Part shown: positions 1 through 9,479 of the stretch, in pieces | Layout: the number at the start of each line of letters is the position of its first letter | How positions within the stretch are numbered: position 1 is the first letter of the stretch | IMG/VR virus record: IMGVR_UViG_3300030419_004676 | Coordinates: 8,449-72,448 of that record | Origin: a virus | DNA length: 64,000 nt | Direction: 5' to 3' (one strand) | Notes under the pieces: model-generated | Database searches by the model: none | What the model saw: the letters and a program-made list of their open reading frames with translations, nothing else | Told to the model about the DNA's origin: nothing | Made by a program: the position numbers and the translations under genes

Positions 1-1159
1 TGGAGAAAGTGGAACAATGGAAATATGGACTGATGGATTTACATCATCACCATCTGCATCCATAACTGATGGTAATCTTGGAAAAATTTATTCACCTGGA
101 TATAAAGACCATATAATGACAAAATATGATGCAACCGATGGTCGTTATCTTCGTTTAGAAAGAGATGTTTATTTAAAACGACTTATATTAGGTGTTGATG
201 ATGGTGACCTAAAATTTCATATGAATGGATATAGGTTGTTTGCATCAGAGGGTATTTTTATTTATTCTGATTCAGGTGGTAGTAGTAATTATGTTCTTTT
301 CTTTGAAAATGCTAGTTCAGGTGGTGTTGGTGGAAATGGTACCGATGGTCTTTCAGACAGAAATGGAACTGCATATCAAGCACTGGCCAATGCAACTGCA
401 GGAACTGCAGGAACTGGTGGAAGTGGAAGAACAGGTGGAACATTAGTAGGTTTACAACAAGGTGGTGCAGGTGGTGCAGGTGGTACAGGTGGTGGTGTAT
501 CGGTAGATTTGAGTAGTGGTAATCCTGGAACACCATCAGCAAACACACCAGGAACTGGAACAACACCAGCAACATCATCTCTTGCAACAGATGGATTGAG
601 TACTGTTCATCCAATGATTTCAACATTAACTGGTAGAGCAGGTGTTAAGGGTGGTAATGGTGGACAATCATCAGAGGGTGGTGGTGGAAACTCATCAGCC
701 GCAGCAGCTTCTTCACCATCAGTAGTTCAGGGAGGTATACAATATTTATCAACACCTGCAGATAGTATTATTAAAGTAAGAGCAGAATTTGGTAGTAATG
801 ATTATGCCATTAGATTAACCACAAGTCCAACTAATTCTGGTGGAACAGGTGGTGGTGGTGGTAAAGGTGATTCTGCCGATGAGGGAATAGGTGAAGCTGC
901 ATCAAGATATGCAACATTTGCAGGTGGTGCAGGTGGTGGAGGCGGTGGTGCTGGTTCAAATGGTGGTATCGTTTTAATATCAGCAAAAGTTATTGATTGG
1001 TGGAATACGAGTGTATATTCTACAACAATACCAACATTAGGAGTACCAAGTCCTGGTAGTAATACTGGTGGTCATGGAAGATGTAAATTACAAGCCGTAG
1101 GTGGTAATGGTGGTAATGGTGGTAATGGTGGCCAAGGTGGTGGATTAGGATTATCATAA
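1..1159 (+). CDS. Glycine-rich tail fibre/adhesin-like protein, probably 5'-truncated
   Basis: Frame is open from nt 2 (GGA GAA AGT GGA ACA ATG). Long GGxGGxGG tracts; sits upstream of an S74 fibre gene. Confidence 0.6.
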   Translation, partial: GESGTMEIWTDGFTSSPSASITDGNLGKIYSPGYKDHIMTKYDATDGRYLRLERDVYLKRLILGVDDGDLKFHMNGYRLFASEGIFIYSDSGGSSNYVLFFENASSGGVGGNGTDGLSDRNGTAYQALANATAGTAGTGGSGRTGGTLVGLQQGGAGGAGGTGGGVSVDLSSGNPGTPSANTPGTGTTPATSSLATDGLSTVHPMISTLTGRAGVKGGNGGQSSEGGGGNSSAAAASSPSVVQGGIQYLSTPADSIIKVRAEFGSNDYAIRLTTSPTNSGGTGGGGGKGDSADEGIGEAASRYATFAGGAGGGGGGAGSNGGIVLISAKVIDWWNTSVYSTTIPTLGVPSPGSNTGGHGRCKLQAVGGNGGNGGNGGQGGGLGLS

Positions 1160-1170
1160 TAGGAAATAAT

Positions 1171-1584
1171 ATGTTTAATGTTAAAAATGAAATGAGAAAA
1201 AAATATCAAGTCAATTGGACTACAAAAACAAGATTTAGAATGGCCTTGCCAAAACGAAGTGGAGGCGGAGGCGGAGGCGGCGGTGGTGGTGCTGGTGGTA
1301 ATGGTGGAGTTATTATGTTAGTAACATCCAACTTAACACCGACAGGAAGTACACCACTCGGAACATTTAACCCATCCTACACAATATCAGATGGAACAAA
1401 TCAAATGGTATTTCAAACATTCACTTCTGCTTCTAATAGTGGATTTGATGCAACTGGTGGAACTGGAGGAACTGGTGGAAATTCGGGTAGTGCAGGTGAA
1501 CTTGGAACTTTGGCTGGTGATGGTGTAAAAGGAAGTGATGGACACGATGGTAGAGAGGGTGTTGCAGCAGTAATATTTGTATAA
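1171..1584 (+). CDS. Glycine-rich fibre-like protein resembling a continuation of the upstream gene
   Basis: GGGGGGGGGAGGNGGVIMLV parallels GGGGGGAGSNGGIVLI of the upstream ORF; AGGAAA precedes the ATG. Confidence 0.55.
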   Translation: MFNVKNEMRKKYQVNWTTKTRFRMALPKRSGGGGGGGGGGAGGNGGVIMLVTSNLTPTGSTPLGTFNPSYTISDGTNQMVFQTFTSASNSGFDATGGTGGTGGNSGSAGELGTLAGDGVKGSDGHDGREGVAAVIFV

Positions 1585-1592
1585 GGAAATAA

Positions 1593-2174
1593 ATGGCAAA
1601 TTTAGATAAATCAGGAATCACAAGTGGTGCGAGTATCACAAGTACACATGTAACAAATTTATATGATGCACTTACAGGTGATACTACATACGACAACATT
1701 AACCTAAAGAAGTTTAATTCTCTTGGTATAAATGATGATGCCACATCAACCAAGATAACTATAACTAATACTGGTTTAGGGATTAATGATGCATCACCTG
1801 GTGTTGCATTGGATGTTGATGGTGCAGGTAGATTTACTGGTAATGTAACAGCCTATTATTCTTCTGATATAAGATTAAAAGATAATATTAGACCTATTGA
1901 GAATTCATTATTTAAAATCAGTAAACTACGAGGAGTAGAGTTTGATTGGAATGATAATGCAGATATTGTAGAAAGAGAAAAAGGACACGATGTAGGTTTG
2001 ATTGCTCAAGAAGTAGAAGAAGTTTTACCTGAAATAGTTACTACTCGTAAGGATGGTTACAAGGCAATACAATATGAAAAGGTCGTATCATTATTAGTTC
2101 AAGGTATAAATGACCAACAAAAACAAATAGAAGATTTGAAAAAAGAATTAGATGAAATTAAAAAGAGGTTATAG
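1593..2174 (+). CDS. Tail fibre protein with C-terminal intramolecular chaperone (peptidase S74) domain
   Basis: SDIRLKDNIRPI...GVEFDW...GLIAQEVEEVLPEIV...Y plus C-terminal coiled coil. Confidence 0.85.
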   Translation: MANLDKSGITSGASITSTHVTNLYDALTGDTTYDNINLKKFNSLGINDDATSTKITITNTGLGINDASPGVALDVDGAGRFTGNVTAYYSSDIRLKDNIRPIENSLFKISKLRGVEFDWNDNADIVEREKGHDVGLIAQEVEEVLPEIVTTRKDGYKAIQYEKVVSLLVQGINDQQKQIEDLKKELDEIKKRL

Positions 2175-2176
2175 AA

Positions 2177-3223
2177 GTGGCACTTCAAAGTGGTTGGAAA
2201 ATACTAAATATTAATATATCTGAGGGTGGTGGTGGATATGGTAATGCCCAAACCTATACATTAAGTGTAAGAACTAAATCAAAACATGGACAAAGTTTTG
2301 CAGGAACTTGTACAAGTAATAGTTCTGGTAATATCACTTCAACAAATATTACTAATAATGGTGAAAACTATTCAAGTGGTTCTACAACATTAGGTATTTT
2401 AGATGCACCAGGAAGTGGTGCACTTTTAGTTCCAATCATTGGTCAAAATATATCAATGAGTATATCAGATATCAATGTTGAAAAGGGAGTTGCACCAAAT
2501 GCAGCTAATTCAGATATTCATGATTTATATCAAGACTATTCATCAATTGCAGGTGAGAATACTGCAGGAGCAACCGTTCATGATGAGACAGATAATAAAC
2601 CTAATTTTGATTATGACCAAGGAGGCCCCGCAAGTGGTAGTGCACAACACCCAATACATTTTGATGAATTTTATGGTGCGGACTATGATATTTATGGTGG
2701 TGGTGGATGTTTATTGATTGGAACTTCAATAACACTACAAGATGAAAAGGGAAATACTTTTTATAAAAACATTGAAGATGTTAATGTGGGTGATACTATA
2801 GTTGCTTATCATAAAGATAATATTCCATTAGATTTTGATTCCACCGATACTTGGGGTGAGTGGACTGATGATGATATCTCTGATATGAGAATTGTTACTG
2901 GTAGTGTTAAACATCTGTATTTTGATTATTTTGAAAGTTATTATAGAATTAATAGTGTAATAAAAACAACTGAAGAACACCCATGGTTAGTAAAATCTGC
3001 AATAAGTAGAGGTGAAGAGGGTAGTGGATATATTTATCAGTATAAGAGAACTGATGAGTTAGTTCAGTATGATGATTATTTAATTAGAGATGATTTAACA
3101 GAAGTTCAAATTGTTTCTATTATAAAAGAAGTGGAAGAAGTAGAAGTTGTAAATTTAAATTGTGAACCTTATGATGTATATTTTGCACAAGGTTATATGA
3201 CACATAATGTTCACGATAAATAG
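2177..3223 (+). CDS. Fibre-tip-like virion protein with C-terminal Hint (intein-like) domain
   Basis: GTG start. Hint 2708-3208: GGGG|CLLIGT, TTEEHP, VVNLNCEPYDVYFAQGYMTHN, then VHDK-stop. Confidence 0.8.
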   Translation: MALQSGWKILNINISEGGGGYGNAQTYTLSVRTKSKHGQSFAGTCTSNSSGNITSTNITNNGENYSSGSTTLGILDAPGSGALLVPIIGQNISMSISDINVEKGVAPNAANSDIHDLYQDYSSIAGENTAGATVHDETDNKPNFDYDQGGPASGSAQHPIHFDEFYGADYDIYGGGGCLLIGTSITLQDEKGNTFYKNIEDVNVGDTIVAYHKDNIPLDFDSTDTWGEWTDDDISDMRIVTGSVKHLYFDYFESYYRINSVIKTTEEHPWLVKSAISRGEEGSGYIYQYKRTDELVQYDDYLIRDDLTEVQIVSIIKEVEEVEVVNLNCEPYDVYFAQGYMTHNVHDK

Positions 3224-3231
3224 AGGTTAAT

Positions 3232-4239
3232 ATGTTTGATGTTTATTATAGTACAGGTGGTGGTTCATTAGTTTATGGTGGTAGTGATGTTTGGGTTAAC
3301 AAATGGTTAAAGGAAGTTAGTCCACATCTTAAATATCCAAGTAAATTATTGATACATCGTAATCGTGTTGATAAATTAAATGTAAAGTTTGATACTGATG
3401 TTGAAGTTGTGTGGCAAAGTGATGACCCAGTTAAGTTTGAACAATATATAAAAGAGTGTAGACGAATAAATATACTTCATGGATATTATACACCACATAA
3501 ATTAATATCACAACATCGTGATAAAATACATTCTAATGTAGTTCATGTTAGTTTAGATTTAAGTCTACAGGCTGGGTTTACTTTAGATTTACCAAGATTA
3601 ATGCATTTTGCTTCATCAAAAGATTGGGAAAGTGATGTATTAAGTTGGGCAAAACACAAGATTTGGATTGGAGTAGAAAAAACACCATTACATAAAAAGT
3701 TTGATTTAATTGATATACCCAATTATTATGAATTTGAAAAAGATAAAGATATCGTGATGAATGACACTATCGGTTTTGCCGCCAGAATGGAAACAAGAAA
3801 GGCCCCACATTTCTTGTTAGGACATAAATCATTTGCATTCACCGATATCTATGATGTTCAAGAATGGGAAAAGAAACTAAAAATTAAATTTTCTGATACA
3901 AGATTTTATCAATTTAAGTATCAGTTTTTAAAAAAGTTTTTAGATAGAGATGATTGGGGAATAAGTCATTCTGCACATCTTAATGAACCATTTGGATATA
4001 GTATTTTTGAAGCAGTTGATTATGGTAAGTTACCAATATTACCACATAATTGGTGTGATGATATACATTATCCATTTAGGGCAACTACCAAACAAGAATT
4101 TGATAAATGTGTAGAGGAGATAAAAACATTATCGGAATCACATAGAAGAACTTTACTTGAGGGTTTGAGAAAAAATTTAAAAAAATATGATAATAAAGAG
4201 GAGTGGGTTGAAAAATATCTACGAATCTACAATGAGTAA
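3232..4239 (+). CDS. GT-B (GT4-like) glycosyltransferase
   Basis: N-terminal YGGSDVWV, FAARMETRK, and EPFGYSIFEAVDYG (ExFGxxxxEA motif). Confidence 0.75.
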   Translation: MFDVYYSTGGGSLVYGGSDVWVNKWLKEVSPHLKYPSKLLIHRNRVDKLNVKFDTDVEVVWQSDDPVKFEQYIKECRRINILHGYYTPHKLISQHRDKIHSNVVHVSLDLSLQAGFTLDLPRLMHFASSKDWESDVLSWAKHKIWIGVEKTPLHKKFDLIDIPNYYEFEKDKDIVMNDTIGFAARMETRKAPHFLLGHKSFAFTDIYDVQEWEKKLKIKFSDTRFYQFKYQFLKKFLDRDDWGISHSAHLNEPFGYSIFEAVDYGKLPILPHNWCDDIHYPFRATTKQEFDKCVEEIKTLSESHRRTLLEGLRKNLKKYDNKEEWVEKYLRIYNE

Positions 4240-4247
4240 TATTTATA
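4239..4247 (+). promoter_or_regulatory. ATATTTATW motif, putative late promoter
   Basis: ATATTTATA 14 nt before ATG 4262; recurs in nine intergenic gaps. Confidence 0.55.
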
Positions 4248-4261
4248 ATTAGGAAAATATT

Positions 4262-5743
4262 ATGTCAACAACAGCAGGTCAAAACTTATCATTAGGAAAA
4301 TTACGAAGAGCAGTTAGTTCGTCTATCTCAAACTATACGACTGCCAATACTTCACTTACAAGTGCAGGTGGTGGTGGAGAAACGAAGATGTCTGAATTCT
4401 CAATTGATAGTGTAGATAATACAATTAATGGTTATGCCTATGTTGATGAACAAACATCAGAAAATTATAATTTGACATTTCAAAATGCAGGTAGTAAATT
4501 TTTAAGTAAGATTGGTTCTCGTAGTGATAATTTTACATGGACAACTAATAATAGTGATGCATTTAGTTTATCAACAGATAGTGGTTACCAAAGAACTTTT
4601 AGTGCAGGAACTATCTCTGATTTAAAAACAACAATGGCAAGTAATCTTGTTGGTAATAATAATTTTGCAACTTGGACAAATTCTACTACACCAGGAACTT
4701 GGACGAAAGATGGTTCTGGTGTTAATAAACATACCTATAGTGGTGGAACACCTGGTTCAGACCCGGCGGGAAGTGGTTCAAGTTTTGCTTCACAAATGAC
4801 TGCAGGTTGTTTAAGACAAACAATTAGTGTTGATGCCTATTCAACATATGAAATTCAAGGTAGATTTTATAATACAAGTGCAGGTGAAAGAAATATTAGA
4901 GTAGTCTTACAATCTGCCTCTCATACTTTTGGTAGAAATGCTGCAAACAATACTGATAATTGGGATTTATTTACTGATAATTATTTTACAAGTGGTTCAA
5001 CGAGTGTTGAAGTAAGATTAGAATTTACAGGTAGTAGTGGTAATATTTTTGCAGATTATATTACTTTAAAAAAGTGGGCAGGGCCAGAGTATGATGACCA
5101 AACTGTACAGATAAGTGGTAAATATAATGATGATGGTCAAAGTGATGGTTACAATGACCATGCAACAAGATATAATACTGCAGTAACAAAAAATGTAGAG
5201 ATACAAGATACATATGGTGGACAATCAGTAGCATGTTTCTTACCAGGAACTAAAATTAAAACACCAAATGGTAATAAAAATATAGAAGATTTAAATATAG
5301 GTGATGAAGTTTCAACTATGAATATACCAGGTCTTCCTGATGAAGATTTAGGTTATGAAAAGTGGTCTACTTGGACAACTTCATCAGTTAGTAATTTTAC
5401 TGAAGAAACTGGTATTATTGATAATTATTATTATGATTATACACCACATTATTATGTAGTGTATGCACGAAGTTTACAAACAGGACTTTATACTGAACTT
5501 AAAGTAACTGGTGAACATGAACTTTTTATAAAAGATTCTGATAATATATGGAAATGGATGAAGGCAGGTAATTGTAAGGCTGGACAAAGTTTATTGTCAG
5601 ATGATTTATCAACAATAGAGATTGAAAGTATTACTAAAATAAATGAAGAGGTTGAAGTAGTTAATCTTGATGTTGAACCATTTGATGTATATATCGTAAA
5701 TGGAATTGTTGCACATAATAAAGGAACCAACGACGCACCTTAA
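4262..5743 (+). CDS. Ser/Thr-rich virion protein with possible CBM-like domain and C-terminal Hint domain
   Basis: NLVGNNNF...W...LRQTI...FADYITL resembles a galactose-binding/CBM fold. Hint 5234-5719: CFLPGT, VTGEHE, VVNLDVEPFDVYIVNGIVAHN, then KGTNDAP-stop. Confidence 0.8.
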   Translation: MSTTAGQNLSLGKLRRAVSSSISNYTTANTSLTSAGGGGETKMSEFSIDSVDNTINGYAYVDEQTSENYNLTFQNAGSKFLSKIGSRSDNFTWTTNNSDAFSLSTDSGYQRTFSAGTISDLKTTMASNLVGNNNFATWTNSTTPGTWTKDGSGVNKHTYSGGTPGSDPAGSGSSFASQMTAGCLRQTISVDAYSTYEIQGRFYNTSAGERNIRVVLQSASHTFGRNAANNTDNWDLFTDNYFTSGSTSVEVRLEFTGSSGNIFADYITLKKWAGPEYDDQTVQISGKYNDDGQSDGYNDHATRYNTAVTKNVEIQDTYGGQSVACFLPGTKIKTPNGNKNIEDLNIGDEVSTMNIPGLPDEDLGYEKWSTWTTSSVSNFTEETGIIDNYYYDYTPHYYVVYARSLQTGLYTELKVTGEHELFIKDSDNIWKWMKAGNCKAGQSLLSDDLSTIEIESITKINEEVEVVNLDVEPFDVYIVNGIVAHNKGTNDAP

Positions 5744-6432
5744 TGAAAAAAATAGTTATAAATATAGGAACACCTTGTGGTTTAAATCCACAAAATTTAC
5801 ATGTAATTAGAGATTCAATTTTCAAACAACCATTACTTGAAGATATTTATGAAGTAAGATGGCATGTTTCAATGGATAAATTAGTGTGTAAAAAATCAGA
5901 TATAGAATCAAGTCTATTTGATGATATGTATTCATTTACAGAAACAGAATGTGGTTGTTGGGGAAATCAAGGTAAAAATGCATTAATGGAAAATATTAAA
6001 GAGGGATGGGTTTTATTAGTAGATGATGACAATGTATTACATTATGATTTTTATACTCGGTTTCGTGAAGCATTAACATCTATTCAAGAGGGTAACCACG
6101 AAGAAGTTAAATTTATAGTTTTTGGACATGATACTGGAGAAAAATTTAAAATAGAATTAGTAAGGGATACGAGATATTATCATCCACAAATAATTCAAGG
6201 TAAAGATAGTAGTAAAATTAAAGAGTCTACATGTGATAGTGGACAAGTAGTATTTCATCATTCAGTTTGGAAACCATACCCAACTAAACCAACCAAAGAT
6301 GATGATTTATATGATGCAGATTATTGGTTTTATCAAAATGCATTTGAAGAAGACCAACAAAACTATGGAAATCATGAAAGATTTTTTTTCCACCCAGGCA
6401 TTGCAACATTTTACAATCGTTTGAGGTGGTAG
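5743..6432 (+). CDS. GT-A (GT2-like) glycosyltransferase
   Basis: N-terminal IGTP, WVLLVDDDN (DxD), late YDADYWF. Confidence 0.6.
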   Translation: MKKIVINIGTPCGLNPQNLHVIRDSIFKQPLLEDIYEVRWHVSMDKLVCKKSDIESSLFDDMYSFTETECGCWGNQGKNALMENIKEGWVLLVDDDNVLHYDFYTRFREALTSIQEGNHEEVKFIVFGHDTGEKFKIELVRDTRYYHPQIIQGKDSSKIKESTCDSGQVVFHHSVWKPYPTKPTKDDDLYDADYWFYQNAFEEDQQNYGNHERFFFHPGIATFYNRLRW

Positions 6433-6436
6433 GATT

Positions 6437-6445
6437 ATATTTATA
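6437..6445 (+). promoter_or_regulatory. ATATTTATW motif, putative late promoter
   Basis: ATATTTATA 26 nt before ATG 6472. Confidence 0.55.
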
Positions 6446-6471
6446 TATGAAAGAGTAATGAGGTTATTATT

Positions 6472-7182
6472 ATGGGGTTATTAAATCAAGGATGGATATA
6501 TGATTCATTATTACACAATGGTGATTCAGATAAACCAGTAAAATATAAAGAAACTCATGGAGCAACACACATTTATTTGGGTGGTGGTTTGTTATTTTAT
6601 TTAATACCATATCTTATGAAATCAAAAACTTGTGTATGTTTAGGTAGTGGTGGTGGATTTGTTCCACGAATGATGACTGCTGCCCATTGGGATTTGAAAG
6701 AATTAGATGTATTCATTGAGGGTCAATATGGAACAACATATGTTGTTGATGCAAAAAATGGTGTAAATGGTGAGACTGATTGGGATGATAAAAGTTATTT
6801 TATAGAAACATTTCAACCAAAGGTAATTGAGGCACTTACAGATGATGCTTATTATAATTTCTTTTTAAGAAACAATGTAGAAATTGATTATCTACACATT
6901 GATGCAGGACATTCCTTTGAACAAGTAGAGTTAGATTTTGAGTTATATAGTGAAAGATTAACAGAAAATGGAATTATATCTATTCACGATACCGATGAAA
7001 GTTATTTCAAAAGTTTAATTGTACCAAAGGGTGAAAAGTTTGATGATATGTCAGGTCCAGGTAAATTTATTGAAAAACTTAAAAAAGAAGATAAATGGGA
7101 AGTATTTAATTTTTTTGATTTCAAAGAAAAAACAAAACTACCAATGTCTACAGGAACCACTTTAGTTCAAAGAAAAAAATGA
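6472..7182 (+). CDS. Class I SAM-dependent methyltransferase (Methyltransf_24-like)
   Basis: CLGSGGG and IDYLHIDAGHSFE...GIISIHD. Confidence 0.75.
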   Translation: MGLLNQGWIYDSLLHNGDSDKPVKYKETHGATHIYLGGGLLFYLIPYLMKSKTCVCLGSGGGFVPRMMTAAHWDLKELDVFIEGQYGTTYVVDAKNGVNGETDWDDKSYFIETFQPKVIEALTDDAYYNFFLRNNVEIDYLHIDAGHSFEQVELDFELYSERLTENGIISIHDTDESYFKSLIVPKGEKFDDMSGPGKFIEKLKKEDKWEVFNFFDFKEKTKLPMSTGTTLVQRKK

Positions 7183-9479
7183 ATAATTTTACACACATAG
7201 AAAATAAAAATATTAAAGAGTTTAGACACCTAAACGAATGGCCAGAAAAACAATTTGATTATGAAATCAGACAAAAACATCTAACACCTTATATTGAGAA
7301 AAGGATGGAGTTATATCGTGCACAAGATAAAGACTTTTTTACAAAACAATATGATAAAGAATGTTATTATTTGATTAAATTAGGTGAGTGTGAAAAATAT
7401 GTAAATGAATATATTGATGAGGAGATAAATAGATATTATAATCATGTTCCTGATAGTGCAAAAATTGTTAATATTACACAAGAACTTGAATATAGAATTA
7501 CAATTAAACAATGTCTTAAACATACTTCACCTGAAGTTGAACTTGAAATAAAAAAAGTAAAGAATTCAAATAAACTTTTAAGTCCATATCAAGAGTTAGA
7601 ACAGAGAGTTATTATTATGAATAAAAATAATACTAATAATGACATTTGGTATAATAATATGGATGAAGATGTGGAATATGGAAAACAAGAAATTCAAAAA
7701 AGAATAAATTTATTATCTGAAGAACTTCGTGAAGATACTATAAATGAATTGGATAGAATGAAAAGAGAAAGGAATGATATCAAAAATTCTGATATTATGA
7801 AACATATACTTTTCATGGAAATATGTGATGGACTTGACTCAGACTTTGACACATACAAATACCATTTATTAAAACATTCATCACCATATATTGAAGCTGA
7901 AATAAAAAGATTAAAAGAAAAGGGTGAATTAAAAAAACCAAGTGAAGAATTAAAGATGAGAATTCATTTGGAACAATTTGAAATAAAAGATGAAGAGTCA
8001 AAAAAAGAAGAAGTTGAAATTGATATTTTTAAAGAAAAAAGTCTTCATGGTTTAAAAGAAATCAATATTTTAAAAAGAGAGTTAAATAAAGTTGGTAGAG
8101 GATTTTGTTTGGCAAAATGGAATCAAGTTTCATTACTTTTACAGAATGGTATGACACATAGTTGTCACCATCCTGTTCCACATAAAATACCATTAGAGGA
8201 ATTGAAAGAAAATAAATCTGCATTACATAACACTAAGTTTAAAAAACTTCAACGAAAAATGATGTTAGAGGGTGGAAGACCAAAAGAATGTGATTATTGT
8301 TGGAAAGTGGAAGATGCAAATAAAGAGGCATTTAGTGATAGACACATGAAGAGTGCTGAGGCATGGGCATTACCAGACTTTAGGAAGATTAGAGATTCGG
8401 ATTGGAGAGAAGATACCAATCCACCTTATGTTGAGATATCATTCAGTAACCAATGTAACTTTGCATGTAGTTATTGTGATGTAAAGAGTTCATCAAGATG
8501 GCAACAAGAGATAGAAAAACAAGGCCCATATCCAACAAGTGGATTATTCAATAACACCGATTGGTTGGAAAGAGCAGATATGATGCCAATACCATATAAA
8601 AACTTTAATCCATATGAACAGGCATTTTGGAAATGGTGGCCAGATTTATATCCTGACCTACACACATTAAGAATTACGGGTGGAGAACCAATACTACACA
8701 AAGGAACCTTTAGAGTATTGGATTATATTATTGATAATCCTGATATAAATCCAGAGTTAGAAATTAGTATTAATTCAAATTTTTGTCCACCTGATAATTT
8801 ATTTGATGAATTCATTGAAAAATCAAAAATTATATGTGATAATGATTTGGTATGGAATTATTCAGTTTATACAAGTATAGAATCTTGGGGAGACCAGGCA
8901 GAGTATATTCGTGATGGATTAGACTTTGAAAAGTTTTGGGAAAACATAGATAGATTTTTAACAGAAGTTCCAAAGGCATCTGTTACAATTATGTCAACTT
9001 ATAATGCATTAAGTGCACCAAACTTTCATAAATTAATTGAGGGAGTGTTTCATTTAAAAAGAAAACATTATAATGGTAAACGATATAGACACTATGCAAT
9101 TTTATTAGATGTTGCATATTTAAGACAACCATCACACCAATCTTTAAGAATTTTACCAACAAAATGGATTGATAAAATGAAAGAAGATATTGAGTTGATG
9201 AAAAAATATCGTGAAGATAAATATTTACACATTTATGGTCATGGTCATAGTGGATACTATGATTTTGAAATAGAAAAGTTTAGGAGATTGATTGATTATG
9301 CAGAATCACCTTTAGATGATGTTGATTGGTTAATGAAGAATCGTGGAGATTTCTTTAATTTCTTTAATGAATATGATAATAGAAGAGATAAAGATTTTCT
9401 TCAAACATTTCCTGAATTAAAAGACTTTTGGGAAAATTGTAGGAGGGCCAGTTGGTCAGTAAAAGTTCCAAAAATTTAG
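7179..9479 (+). CDS. Radical SAM protein with twitch/SPASM-like auxiliary cluster motif and long N-terminal helical extension
   Basis: CNFACSYC, ITGGEP, upstream CLAKW...SCHH...ECDYCW. Confidence 0.85.
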   Translation: MNNFTHIENKNIKEFRHLNEWPEKQFDYEIRQKHLTPYIEKRMELYRAQDKDFFTKQYDKECYYLIKLGECEKYVNEYIDEEINRYYNHVPDSAKIVNITQELEYRITIKQCLKHTSPEVELEIKKVKNSNKLLSPYQELEQRVIIMNKNNTNNDIWYNNMDEDVEYGKQEIQKRINLLSEELREDTINELDRMKRERNDIKNSDIMKHILFMEICDGLDSDFDTYKYHLLKHSSPYIEAEIKRLKEKGELKKPSEELKMRIHLEQFEIKDEESKKEEVEIDIFKEKSLHGLKEINILKRELNKVGRGFCLAKWNQVSLLLQNGMTHSCHHPVPHKIPLEELKENKSALHNTKFKKLQRKMMLEGGRPKECDYCWKVEDANKEAFSDRHMKSAEAWALPDFRKIRDSDWREDTNPPYVEISFSNQCNFACSYCDVKSSSRWQQEIEKQGPYPTSGLFNNTDWLERADMMPIPYKNFNPYEQAFWKWWPDLYPDLHTLRITGGEPILHKGTFRVLDYIIDNPDINPELEISINSNFCPPDNLFDEFIEKSKIICDNDLVWNYSVYTSIESWGDQAEYIRDGLDFEKFWENIDRFLTEVPKASVTIMSTYNALSAPNFHKLIEGVFHLKRKHYNGKRYRHYAILLDVAYLRQPSHQSLRILPTKWIDKMKEDIELMKKYREDKYLHIYGHGHSGYYDFEIEKFRRLIDYAESPLDDVDWLMKNRGDFFNFFNEYDNRRDKDFLQTFPELKDFWENCRRASWSVKVPKI

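Noticed and set aside
1140-1265. T4 gene 60-style ribosomal bypass
   Set aside because: The stop does not directly follow a matched take-off codon in an evident hairpin, and the downstream ORF has its own RBS and ATG.
400-1560. GGT/GGA/GGC repeat tracts as CRISPR or satellite DNA
   Set aside because: In-frame glycine codons with variable third positions; no repeat-spacer pattern.
2708-5719. Hint domains as mobile splicing inteins
   Set aside because: No C/S/T at +1, almost no C-extein, no homing endonuclease and no conserved host enzyme interrupted.
3120-5720. Diversity-generating retroelement TR/VR pair in the similar Hint 3' ends
   Set aside because: Differences are not adenine-specific and no reverse transcriptase is present in the window.
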